Shown: positions 28,894 to 38,256, counted from the stretch's first letter. The stretch is DNA of 56,182 nucleotides from Flavobacteriaceae bacterium (GCA_047621945.1 JBLHMK010000003.1:1-56182), one strand, 5' to 3'. Notes: generated from the sequence alone by a model not told the origin. Numbers and translations: made by a program.

Positions 28894-29567
28894 TCATTAC
28901 CATATTAGCTATGTTTATAGTCCTTGGACTGGAAGCTCAAATGAATTACCTAGAAAAAGGTAATAAGTTGGTGTACTTCGGTATTGCTATTGGTGTAAAC
29001 TATGGCGATTATAAAGTAGTACGTAAACCTAAGCTAGGGGCTTTGCAAACGGATAGTGTCAAGTTGATTAGTTCTAAATTTGGTCCTGGGTTTGACCTTG
29101 GTATTATAGGTAATTTGCAATTTCACAAGTATTGGGATCTTCGCTTGGTGCCCACTTTAAGCTTCTCAGACAAGTCCGTAGAATTTACAGATCAAGATGA
29201 TAATAATGTAACAAAAACGGTTTCGTCCATATATTTGAGCATGCCATTATATTTGCGGTACAAATCAAAACCGATTAAAGACTTTCGATTTTTCGTTTTG
29301 GGTGGGTTGCGTTATAACTATGATTTGAATTCAAATTCGAATGAAAGAAATACCGAAACTCAATTGCTAGTGAACAAACATGATATTGGAGCAGAAATGG
29401 GCTTTGGTTTTCAAGTGTTCTTTCCAAGCTTTGTTTTATCACCTGAGATTAAGGTTTATCATAGTTTAAGTAATATTAAAAAGCCTAATGAGGCTTTAAT
29501 CTATTCCAGAGCAATCGATAAAATGTTCTCAAGAATATTCACCCTAACTTTTAATTTAGAGGGCTAA
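28881..29567 (+). CDS. porT: Type IX secretion system outer membrane protein PorT/SprT
   Basis: PGFDLGIIGNL, DLRLVPTLSF and LSPEIK motifs; C-terminal LTFNLEG; directly after ubiE/menG, as is usual in Bacteroidota. Confidence 0.8.
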   Translation: MRKIIITILAMFIVLGLEAQMNYLEKGNKLVYFGIAIGVNYGDYKVVRKPKLGALQTDSVKLISSKFGPGFDLGIIGNLQFHKYWDLRLVPTLSFSDKSVEFTDQDDNNVTKTVSSIYLSMPLYLRYKSKPIKDFRFFVLGGLRYNYDLNSNSNERNTETQLLVNKHDIGAEMGFGFQVFFPSFVLSPEIKVYHSLSNIKKPNEALIYSRAIDKMFSRIFTLTFNLEG

Positions 29568-30181
29568 TGCCTGTTATCCGCGAACTCAAAAATCAAGACT
29601 ATCATCTGTTAGTATGGAAGATTACTGAGGATCTCTCTTTTTTCGCCAAAGAAGTTTTATTCAATAAATCAGAAATGGAGGAGTATGGAAACATTTCCCA
29701 TGAATCGAGAAAATTAGAATGGCTTGCCGCTCGGTTCGTTCAGCGGCAATTATGCAAAGATGCATTAGTAAAAGATACTTGGGGAAAGCCTCATCTTGAA
29801 AATGAAGATGGTTTTGTTTCAATAGCTCACTGTCATGGCTATGCAGCGGCAATCTACTCTTCGAAACAAGCAGTAGGAATTGATATTGAGCCCATCCATG
29901 ATAAAGTACAGCGAATCGCACAGAAATTTTTAAGTGCTAGCGAGCTGAGTTTCATAAACACTGCCGGACAAACTGAACATCTTATCACTTGCTGGAGTAT
30001 AAAGGAAGCGATTTATAAGTGGTATGGTAAAAGAGAACTTAGTTTTAAAGAGAATATTCGCATAGAAAACTTTGAGCTAAATGATGATAAAACTTCCGTA
30101 CTATTCGTTCGAGAAAATGAACGAGAGATTAAGGAGGTTAATTTCGAAAGAATAGCGAATCTCGCCTTGGCTCATACTTAA
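29567..30181 (+). CDS. 4'-phosphopantetheinyl transferase (Sfp-like)
   Basis: GKP, SIAH, VGIDIE and WSIKEAIYK motifs. Confidence 0.9.
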   Translation: MPVIRELKNQDYHLLVWKITEDLSFFAKEVLFNKSEMEEYGNISHESRKLEWLAARFVQRQLCKDALVKDTWGKPHLENEDGFVSIAHCHGYAAAIYSSKQAVGIDIEPIHDKVQRIAQKFLSASELSFINTAGQTEHLITCWSIKEAIYKWYGKRELSFKENIRIENFELNDDKTSVLFVRENEREIKEVNFERIANLALAHT

Positions 30182-30222
30182 GAATTGTGACAATTATCGC
30201 TTTAAGAACCTTTATAAATTGC

Positions 30223-30230
30223 TAACTTTG
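30223..30230 (+). promoter_or_regulatory. -7 element TAACTTTG heading the small ORF-mbnP-mbnH unit
   Basis: Exact match 5 nt before GTG 30236. Confidence 0.6.
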
Positions 30231-30235
30231 TCAAC

Positions 30236-30598
30236 GTGAAGGAGTTGTTCGCATATTTCTTGTTAGTTTTATTTGCTGCTATGAGTTTACAGCAGGCAAC
30301 TGTTGCTGCGGTTTTCTTTTCTAATCAAGACTATGTAACGGAAAAGTTTTGTGTGAATAAAGATAAACCGAAGCTAAACTGCAAAGGGAAATGTCATATG
30401 AAAAATATGCTTGTCCAAACAGCAGAAAAAGAAACCCAAAACGCTCCGCTCAACGTTGAAGTCATGATACCCGTGTTCTTTTGCGAGTCAACAATCGAGT
30501 TTCCAATTTTATTGGTTTCTGAATTCGTTCAGATTCAGAAGAATCGAATACTTTATGACTCTTATGAAAGTTGGATGTTTCAACCTCCCAGGGCATAA
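30236..30598 (+). CDS. Small membrane-anchored Cys-rich protein; candidate metal-responsive leader (CruR/DUF2946-like logic)
   Basis: N-terminal hydrophobic helix, CVNKDKPKLNCKGKCHM, C-terminal WMFQPPRA-stop. Confidence 0.7.
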   Translation: MKELFAYFLLVLFAAMSLQQATVAAVFFSNQDYVTEKFCVNKDKPKLNCKGKCHMKNMLVQTAEKETQNAPLNVEVMIPVFFCESTIEFPILLVSEFVQIQKNRILYDSYESWMFQPPRA

Positions 30599-30670
30599 TA
30601 GATTATTTCGCTATTATTATTGAAACATTATTAAACCCTATTGGGTATATCAACTTATTAAAAGAAAATT

Positions 30671-31381
30671 ATGAAAAATATATTTTTTGCAATCATGAGT
30701 ATTGCATTATTGAGCTTGACAGCTTGTTCAGAGGAAGCAGGAGAAGGAATTTTAACTTTAAAGTATGCTGCTACAGTGAATAGTGAAAACCTAGAATTGA
30801 ATAAAACTTATGTAATGGACGGTGATTCTGTGTACTTTACATTGCTTCAATATTACACCTCTGATATCTTTATTGAAGATAAAGATGGAACTACAGAAAC
30901 TGAGATCATGGACGTATCGTTTATTGATTTCTCGGAAGAAAGTTCTTTAGAATTTAGTACAACATTGGAGGCAACGGCATATAAAAACCCGAGCTACACA
31001 GTTGGTTTATCGGATACAAGAGGTGCAGCAGATCCTAGTTCTTTCGGAAGTGATCATCCTATGAGTTTGAACAGAAGTATGTTTTGGATTATGTCGAATT
31101 CTTATATTTATTTCAAAATAGAAGGATTCAGAATTAAGAACGGAATCGAAGAACCACTTGTTTATCATGTAGGGTTAACTGGCTATGGAGAAAACAAACA
31201 AGCTCAAAAGGCGTTTTCTATTAATGATGGTAATACAACTACTTTAGTCACTACTTTAAATTTAAACGAAGTGTTTGGAAATATTGATTTTGACACAGAA
31301 CCAGAAACGCATCAGATGAACAACATGCCACTTGCTCGAAAAATGATGACTAATTTTGCAAATGCATTAAGCGTTAATTAA
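30671..31381 (+). CDS. MbnP-family putative copper-binding lipoprotein
   Basis: Lipobox LSLTAC; LQYYTSDI, HPMS...MFWIMSNSYIYFKIEG, LVYHVG and ETHQM motifs; directly upstream of a di-heme bCcP/MauG-family gene. Confidence 0.75.
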   Translation: MKNIFFAIMSIALLSLTACSEEAGEGILTLKYAATVNSENLELNKTYVMDGDSVYFTLLQYYTSDIFIEDKDGTTETEIMDVSFIDFSEESSLEFSTTLEATAYKNPSYTVGLSDTRGAADPSSFGSDHPMSLNRSMFWIMSNSYIYFKIEGFRIKNGIEEPLVYHVGLTGYGENKQAQKAFSINDGNTTTLVTTLNLNEVFGNIDFDTEPETHQMNNMPLARKMMTNFANALSVN

Positions 31382-31383
31382 TT

Positions 31384-32460
31384 ATGGAAAACTCTTTTAG
31401 GTATTTTATATTATTCTTTGTTGTGTTAAGCTTTATGCTTAGCGGATGTAAAGAAGATGTGCCTTTCAATGAGAAATATGACGGTACACTTTTTGATTTT
31501 CAAAAGGTGTATCGTTTTCCTGCTATAGATATTCCACCAGACAATCCTTTAACGATTGCTAAGGTAGATTTAGGTAGAAAATTGTTCTACGACCAGCAAG
31601 TATCTAAAAGTAAAACGATGAGCTGTGCTACTTGCCATAACTTGGAAGATTCTTTTACTGATAACGGTTTAGTTTTATCTACTAATGACCTTGGAGGCCT
31701 CACAAAGCGAAATGCCACTCCATTGTTTAATCTTGCTTGGACAGATAAGGGATTCTTTTGGGATGGTCGTGTTATGACTCTTGAAGAAGCAGTGGAAGAT
31801 GCTGTGAATAATGAACAACATCCGGAATGGGGGGGCACTTTAGCAAGTTTACAAGACGATGAGACGTATAACCTAGAGTTTTCTCAATCGTTTACAAATG
31901 CGGAAGTGAGTGAGGAAAATGTAATTAAAGCGATTGCTTCTTTTCTTCGAATTATCGTCTCTAAAGATTCAAAATATGATCAAAGTGTGAGAGGTCAAGC
32001 TACCTTATCTGCTCTTGAACAAAAAGGTTTCGATTTAATATTTACTACTGAGTTTGGAGATTGCTTTCATTGCCATGGGGTATATCCATTTATGACCGAT
32101 AATGACTTTCATGATAATGGACTTCAAGATGCACCAAATCTTTCAGACTATGCAGATCAAGGGTTAGGCGGATTTAATGGAGTTACTACAGATGTTGGAA
32201 AAATGAAAGCTCCACCTTTAAGGAACCTTTCCTATACTGCTCCTTATATGCATGATGGTCGTTTTAACACATTAGATGAGGTGATTGATTTTTATAGCGA
32301 TGGTTTACATGTTACACCCAACATTGATCCTTTAATGAAGCAAGCATTGCAAGGGGGATTGCAATTAAGTGTACAAGAAAAAGCAGCTTTAAAGGCATTT
32401 TTACTGACATTAGATGACCCCACTTTCATCAATAATGAAGACTATAAGAGTCCATTTTAG
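31384..32460 (+). CDS. Di-heme cytochrome c peroxidase/MauG superfamily lipoprotein (MbnH-like)
   Basis: Heme motifs CATCH and CFHCH; LGRKLFYD, FFWDGR, PPLRNL and APYMHDGRF; lipobox MLSGC. Confidence 0.88.
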   Translation: MENSFRYFILFFVVLSFMLSGCKEDVPFNEKYDGTLFDFQKVYRFPAIDIPPDNPLTIAKVDLGRKLFYDQQVSKSKTMSCATCHNLEDSFTDNGLVLSTNDLGGLTKRNATPLFNLAWTDKGFFWDGRVMTLEEAVEDAVNNEQHPEWGGTLASLQDDETYNLEFSQSFTNAEVSEENVIKAIASFLRIIVSKDSKYDQSVRGQATLSALEQKGFDLIFTTEFGDCFHCHGVYPFMTDNDFHDNGLQDAPNLSDYADQGLGGFNGVTTDVGKMKAPPLRNLSYTAPYMHDGRFNTLDEVIDFYSDGLHVTPNIDPLMKQALQGGLQLSVQEKAALKAFLLTLDDPTFINNEDYKSPF

Positions 32461-32564
32461 CTAGTGTTCTGTCTTTTTAGTTAAGCCTTATGTCCTCAAA
32501 GGGCTAAATAGATAGAAAAATTCTATTTTTACATGAAGCGCAAATACAATGCGTTTAGCTCATC

Positions 32565-32572
32565 TATTTTTG
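32565..32572 (+). promoter_or_regulatory. -7 element TATTTTTG
   Basis: Exact match 15 nt before ATG 32588. Confidence 0.5.
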
Positions 32573-32587
32573 CAATAAAAAACAACC

Positions 32588-35500
32588 ATGCATACAGCTA
32601 CTTTCAATTTTACCCAAGAATACAATCGTTTAAATCAAGCACAGAAAAAAGCTGTGGAATTAATCGAAGGTCCAGTGCTAGTTGTTGCCGGGCCAGGTAC
32701 AGGTAAAACGCAGATCCTAGCTGCTCGAATTGGGAATATTTTGCACAAGGGAATTGCTTTTGCAGAGAATATCTTGTGCTTGACATATACGGAGGCAGGA
32801 GTAACTGCCATGAGAAAGAGGTTAATCCAATTCATCGGTGCAGAGGCGTATAAGGTAAGCATACACACTTTTCATAGTTTTTGTAATAAGGTTATTCAAG
32901 ATAATCCGGACCTTTTTGGTTTTGGTGAAATGGAGCCTATCTCTGATATTGAAGAAATTGAACTGCTTGAAAAGCTAATCGATGGGTTTAAAAATGACAA
33001 TGTTCTCAAGAGATGGAGAGGTGAAATTTATTATGATGTAAAAAGATTAAAAGAGTTATTCTCTATTATGAAAAAAGAGAATATCACCGCCAAAAAAATG
33101 GAAGCGGTGGTTAATGAATATTTGGAAGGCCTCTATACCAATGAAGATTTTATTTATAAAACAACGAGGGTTGGTCATTATTCAAAAGGAGATCCCAAAC
33201 AAAAAGATATTGATAAGGAAATAAAGACCTATACTACCACTTTGGCTGCTGCCAAACAATTTGAAAAATATCAAGCACTCAAAAAAGCGGCTAATCGCTA
33301 CGATTATGATGATATGATTTTGGATGTAATGAATGCCTTCCAAAATGAAGAATGGCTACTGAGTAGATACCAAGAACAATTTCAATATTTCTTAGTTGAT
33401 GAATACCAAGATACTAATGGTGCTCAAAATGAGATTCTTCGATTGCTTTATAGCTTCTGGGATACGCCTAATGTATTTGTTGTTGGAGATGATGATCAAA
33501 GTATTTATCGATTTCAAGGAGCAAGTTTGGGAAATATCATCGATTTCTATAGGCAAACGATTGCTTCTAAATCAAAAGCGGAGCAGGAAGAGCGCGTTAT
33601 TGTTTTAAAAGAGAATTATCGATCTACTCAAGAAATTTTAGATCTAGCAGACCTAAGTATTCAAAATAATAAGGAAAGGTTGATTCATCAAATCGATACC
33701 CTCAATTTAGATAAACATTTAACTGCCTCTGGTGATGTTGCAAAGGGAAATACGGTCAAACCGAAGATGGTGGTTTATCCAAACCCGAGTCATGAAGTAG
33801 CGGATGTGGCTAACCAAATTATTGCACTTAAAGCCAAGGGAGTTCCTTTGCATGAAATTAGTGTTCTCTACCATCAGCATAAACAAGCTGAAGAATTACA
33901 ACAGTGCTTGAATCAAAAGAATATAGCGGTAAGTACGAAAAAATCGGTCAATATTCTGGATCAAAAATTCACGAACCAATTGTTGTCGGTGTTAACCTAC
34001 ATTGCTGAGGAGAATAGAATCCCGCATAGCCGAGAGGACATACTTTTTGATATTCTAAACTTTCCATTTTTTAATATTAAAGCTATTCAAGTAGCTCGTT
34101 TGAGTTTCGAGTTAAGAGAAAGCAGGTATTCTGCGCCCAAAACAACGTGGAGAGAGGCACTGATGAACATAGAAAAAGTGTTTGATCAAGATAGTATTGA
34201 GGAGATTCAGCACACTGCAGAGTTGACGAATAAGTGGCAGAAAGATTTACAAGAAAAGCCGCTACAAATACTATTTCAAACCATCTTAGACGATCTAAAG
34301 GTCTTGGATTACATTAGGCAGCATAAAGAAAAGGTTTGGTTGCTTCAAGAGCTTAAATCACTGTTTGATTTTATTAAGCAAGAAAACCAGAAAAAGGCAA
34401 GTTTGAGTATTACAGACTTGTTGGAACAAATTAATCAGTTAAGAAAATATAGTATTGCTATTCCTTTTATCAAGTCAAGCTTTTCAGAAGAGGCGGTACA
34501 ATTGTCATCTGTTCATGGGTCTAAGGGCTTAGAGTACGAATATGTCTTTTTAATTGGCTGTGTGAGCAAATTATGGGAATCTAAAGGTGGCAACAATCGA
34601 GGTTTCAAATTACCTGAAGGCATTGTGCAAAAGGTAGAGCGAGAGACTAAATATGAGGATCTTAGAAGACTGTATTTTGTTGCACTTACACGAGCCAAGA
34701 AATTTTTACAAATATCTTATTACGATCAAGATTTGAATGAAAAGGATATGACTCCTTCACTTTTTGTAAGTGAGATCAAGGAAAGTGAGAACCTAGTTAC
34801 AACAGAAAAGCAACTTAGTGATGAGGAGATTTTTGATTTTAATATTCTCCAGTTAATGCAGGAGAAAATTGAACCGGCTTTGATTGAAGAGAACATGTTA
34901 AAACAGCGTTTGGAGAAATACACGATGAGTGTAACTCATCTAAATAATTACTTGAAATGCCCGCTTCAATTTTACTATCACAACTTCATTCAAATCCCTC
35001 AAGCGAAAAATGCAAGCTTGGCTTTTGGTAGTGCAGTTCATGATGCTATTGAGCACCTGTTTAAAGAAATGAAAAACAATGAGGACGTATTCCCAAGTGT
35101 TGAGCAGTTTGTTGAAATGGGGATGAAGCAACTGTATAAGCAACAAGATAGTTTTACTAAAAAAGAATACAAACAACGCACGGATTATATTGAAAAATTC
35201 TTTCCTGAGTATTATAAAAAATACATTAATATATGGAGCAAGGATGTGAATTTTGAAAAGAAGCTAGTTGCGGTTTTCAAGGATATAAACCTGACAGGTA
35301 AGATTGATAAGCTAGAATTTGACGGAAAAAAAGTAGTACTAGTTGATTACAAGACAGGTAAATTTGATTTTAGTAAAAAACCAAGTCTAAGAGGTCCTAA
35401 AGAAGAACTTAAGCCCGGTAAGGAACCAAGTTTTGAAGATATACATGGCGGCAACTATTGGCGACAAGCAGTGTTTTACAAAATTCTTATAGCGAATAGT

Positions 35501-35743
35501 ATTAATCCTGAACAACGCGAGTGGCAGTTAGAACGCACGGAGTTTGATTTTGTAGAGCCTAATGTGGAAACAGGTGAATTTCACAAGGAAAAGATTGTCA
35601 TTAGTCCAATGGATGTAGAATTTGTGCAAAAGCAAATTGTAGATACCTATCAAAATATTAAAGCCTTGAATTTTACAGGTTGTGGCAAGAAGGATTGTAC
35701 TTGGTGTGCAGGTGAACTAGATAAGAAAGAAGAAGATGTTTAG
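32588..35743 (+). CDS. UvrD/PcrA-like SF1A helicase fused to a C-terminal PD-(D/E)xK RecB-family nuclease
   Basis: Helicase motifs AGPGTGKT, VDEYQD, GDDDQSIY, ENYRS, VHGSKGLE and FVALTRA; nuclease motifs GSAVH, GKIDK, VDYKTG and RQAVFY. Confidence 0.9.
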   Translation: MHTATFNFTQEYNRLNQAQKKAVELIEGPVLVVAGPGTGKTQILAARIGNILHKGIAFAENILCLTYTEAGVTAMRKRLIQFIGAEAYKVSIHTFHSFCNKVIQDNPDLFGFGEMEPISDIEEIELLEKLIDGFKNDNVLKRWRGEIYYDVKRLKELFSIMKKENITAKKMEAVVNEYLEGLYTNEDFIYKTTRVGHYSKGDPKQKDIDKEIKTYTTTLAAAKQFEKYQALKKAANRYDYDDMILDVMNAFQNEEWLLSRYQEQFQYFLVDEYQDTNGAQNEILRLLYSFWDTPNVFVVGDDDQSIYRFQGASLGNIIDFYRQTIASKSKAEQEERVIVLKENYRSTQEILDLADLSIQNNKERLIHQIDTLNLDKHLTASGDVAKGNTVKPKMVVYPNPSHEVADVANQIIALKAKGVPLHEISVLYHQHKQAEELQQCLNQKNIAVSTKKSVNILDQKFTNQLLSVLTYIAEENRIPHSREDILFDILNFPFFNIKAIQVARLSFELRESRYSAPKTTWREALMNIEKVFDQDSIEEIQHTAELTNKWQKDLQEKPLQILFQTILDDLKVLDYIRQHKEKVWLLQELKSLFDFIKQENQKKASLSITDLLEQINQLRKYSIAIPFIKSSFSEEAVQLSSVHGSKGLEYEYVFLIGCVSKLWESKGGNNRGFKLPEGIVQKVERETKYEDLRRLYFVALTRAKKFLQISYYDQDLNEKDMTPSLFVSEIKESENLVTTEKQLSDEEIFDFNILQLMQEKIEPALIEENMLKQRLEKYTMSVTHLNNYLKCPLQFYYHNFIQIPQAKNASLAFGSAVHDAIEHLFKEMKNNEDVFPSVEQFVEMGMKQLYKQQDSFTKKEYKQRTDYIEKFFPEYYKKYINIWSKDVNFEKKLVAVFKDINLTGKIDKLEFDGKKVVLVDYKTGKFDFSKKPSLRGPKEELKPGKEPSFEDIHGGNYWRQAVFYKILIANSINPEQREWQLERTEFDFVEPNVETGEFHKEKIVISPMDVEFVQKQIVDTYQNIKALNFTGCGKKDCTWCAGELDKKEEDV

Positions 35744-35779
35744 CGAAACAATGCCGAGCTTAAGTGCGTAAATATAGGC

Positions 35780-36022
35780 ATGAACTTAAGCCGTTTATTA
35801 TCTTTTTTTGAATTCACCATTTTTAGGCTTGTTAAATTTTTATTTACGGGTAGTTCTGCCAATGAAAAAAGAACAAAAGGTAGTCATTTGATGACTTCGC
35901 AAGAAGCATATATCCTTTATACTGATGATTTGTTACCGGCTAAAAAGAATGTTTCCAATTTAATTGGGCAAAACCTTTGGTTGAGTTTAATAACAATTAG
36001 CTTTTTAAGCTTAATCATTTAA
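35780..36022 (+). CDS. Small hypothetical protein (uncertain)
   Basis: 80-aa ATG ORF filling the helicase-rnhB gap; hydrophobic C-terminus; no recognisable motif. Confidence 0.35.
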   Translation: MNLSRLLSFFEFTIFRLVKFLFTGSSANEKRTKGSHLMTSQEAYILYTDDLLPAKKNVSNLIGQNLWLSLITISFLSLII

Positions 36023-36628
36023 TTTTTCGAATAGACTTGAATTTGTGCGATTAGCTGATAGTCGAAATGATCTGCGATGGAGTTCGCAAGGTCCAAATTC
36101 GTCAATAGCTGCTCGATGTTTTTTAGTGGCATAAGCCATATTACTATCCCATCCATATATTGGAAATTTTTGATGTGCCTCCTGCATATATTCATCTCGA
36201 TAGGTTTTAGCCAAAATACTGGCCGCCGCAATTGAGGCATACTTTCCATCACCTTTAACAATAGTTTGATGTGGGATATTTTGGTATTTGTAAAATCTAT
36301 TACCATCTATAATGATATGCTCTATTGGACCTCTTAACTGATCTAATGCATGATGCATAGCAAGGATGGATGCTTTTAGAATATTGATTTCATCAATTTT
36401 AATATGGTCAACAAATGCCACTGCATAGTCTAGTGCTTGGCCCTCAATGATGAGTCGCAATTCTTCTCTGTTTTTTTTGTTGATCTGCTTAGAATCGTTG
36501 AGTAATGGATGACTAAAGTCTGCTGGTAGGATAACAGCCGCAGCAACTACTGGGCCCGCTAGACATCCCCGACCTGCTTCATCGCAACCCGCTTCAATTT
36601 TGTCTTTCAGTAAAAAAGGAGCTAACAT
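36011..36628 (-). CDS. rnhB: Ribonuclease HII
   Basis: GCDEAGRGCLAGP, DSK, IDGN and KGD...IAAASILAK motifs; alternative ATG at 36634. Confidence 0.96.
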   Translation of the reverse strand: MLAPFLLKDKIEAGCDEAGRGCLAGPVVAAAVILPADFSHPLLNDSKQINKKNREELRLIIEGQALDYAVAFVDHIKIDEINILKASILAMHHALDQLRGPIEHIIIDGNRFYKYQNIPHQTIVKGDGKYASIAAASILAKTYRDEYMQEAHQKFPIYGWDSNMAYATKKHRAAIDEFGPCELHRRSFRLSANRTNSSLFEKLND

Positions 36629-36783
36629 GTGCATAGTTTATAGTACATTCTGAGCAAACTTACTACTTTGATGTGTACTAAAATAGCGTTAAAGCGATAT
36701 TTCTACCAACACGTTCTTTTACCTTTGGTTGGTAGCATATTTCACTCTGGTTGTGAAGAATATTGTAAAAAGCATTAAAAGTA

Positions 36784-38256
36784 TTGAGTAAACTTAAAAG
36801 CTTAGCTGGTCAAACAGCAATCTATGGGATAAGCACTATTCTTGTGCGCTCTTTGAACTGGTTGATAAATCCTTTTCACACATACGTATTTGGTGGAAAC
36901 CAAAGCGACATGGGTATTATTGTTGAATTCTATGCCTATGTAGCCTTTATCAATATACTGCTTATGTACGGCATGGAAACTGCTTTTTTTCGATATGCAT
37001 CTAAAGATAAAGAGAACCATCAGCGCGTGTTTAGCACGGCTATGCTTTCCTTGCTTATTACCACTGGTTTTTTTGTAATCTTGATTAGTGCATTTGCACA
37101 GCCCATTGCTAATGCATTACAATACCCTAACTTATCGCATATTGTTATTATCCTCGCTGGGATAGTTGGGTTTGATACCTTAAGCAATATTCCTTTTGCC
37201 AAGTTACGCTTGGAAGGAAAACCTATGCAATATGTAAAAGTGAAACTGTTAAATGTGATTATCACGGTCAGTTTAAATTTCTTTTTACTCTTTCCAATTT
37301 TGAAGGAAAACCCATCAATGTTTGGCTTGCCTTTAAGAAACGAACATGCTTTACTTTATGTTTTTATTGCAAATCTTGCAGCAAGTGCGATAACTTTTTT
37401 CATTTTTGTTCCTGATTTCTTTAAGACAAAATTTGAATTTTGTAAAAAGACTTGGACAGATATGATGCGCTATGGGTTACCACTCATTGTAGTTGGCTTA
37501 GCGGGTATTGTGAATGAAACTATCGATAGAATTTTATTGAAACATCTTTTACCTCAAGAAACGCTTAGCGAGCGAAATGCACAGGTCGGAATATATGGTT
37601 CGGTATATAAGTTAGCCATATTTATGAGCTTGGTAGTGCAAGCTTATCGAATGGGTGCTGAACCCTTCTTTTTTCGGCAAGCGAAAGATAAAGACGCCTT
37701 AGAAACGGTTGCTAAAGCCATGTCTCTTTTTGTTATAATGGGGGTAGCTATCTTTTTGGCTGTCTCCTTTAATTTGGATTGGATTATTTTAATCATTGAA
37801 GAGAGCTTCCGTGGAGCAAAGGACATTGTTCCCATTCTACTTATGGCTTACTTATTTCTTGGCATATTTTACAATCTGTCTGTTTGGTATAAGCTTGGAG
37901 ATAAGACGCATTATGCAATGGCTATTTCCATTACCGGTGCTATAGTTACCATCGTAATTAATGTAATTTTCATTCCAACTCATGGCTATTGGGCCAGTGC
38001 ATGGGCAACTTTAGCCAGCTACTTAGTTATGACAATTATTTCATGGCAATGGGGTAAGAAATACTACCCAGTGCCATATGATCTGAAAAAAATCTCTTTT
38101 TATCTTTTAATGGGTTTAGCCCTCTTTGGCTTGTCTAAAATTGTAGCGCCTTCCTCATTTGGACTTCAACTAGTTTGGAAGAATTTCTTACTGTTGTTGT
38201 TTTTAGGCATTGCTTTTGTTAAGGATATTAATCCAATGCTTAAAGAGAGAGCTTAA
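36784..38256 (+). CDS. Polysaccharide/oligosaccharide flippase (MOP/Wzx family)
   Basis: LAGQTAIYG, YGMETAFFR and AEPFFF motifs; many TM helices; TTG start; TACCTTTG at 36720-36727 upstream. Confidence 0.88.
   Translation: MSKLKSLAGQTAIYGISTILVRSLNWLINPFHTYVFGGNQSDMGIIVEFYAYVAFINILLMYGMETAFFRYASKDKENHQRVFSTAMLSLLITTGFFVILISAFAQPIANALQYPNLSHIVIILAGIVGFDTLSNIPFAKLRLEGKPMQYVKVKLLNVIITVSLNFFLLFPILKENPSMFGLPLRNEHALLYVFIANLAASAITFFIFVPDFFKTKFEFCKKTWTDMMRYGLPLIVVGLAGIVNETIDRILLKHLLPQETLSERNAQVGIYGSVYKLAIFMSLVVQAYRMGAEPFFFRQAKDKDALETVAKAMSLFVIMGVAIFLAVSFNLDWIILIIEESFRGAKDIVPILLMAYLFLGIFYNLSVWYKLGDKTHYAMAISITGAIVTIVINVIFIPTHGYWASAWATLASYLVMTIISWQWGKKYYPVPYDLKKISFYLLMGLALFGLSKIVAPSSFGLQLVWKNFLLLLFLGIAFVKDINPMLKERA

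Noticed and set aside
30571-30783. 70-aa ORF bridging the Cys-rich ORF and mbnP
   Set aside because: TTG start, overlaps both real genes out of frame, and has no motif.
29567-32460. PPTase plus mbnPH as a natural-product (methanobactin/NRPS) cluster
   Set aside because: No mbnABC, NRPS, PKS or carrier protein is present. The PPTase is coupled to menG-porT, and a separate promoter precedes 30236.
34900-35743. Cas4-like nuclease suggesting CRISPR adaptation
   Set aside because: It is the fused C-terminal domain of a UvrD-like helicase; no array or cas1/cas2 is present.
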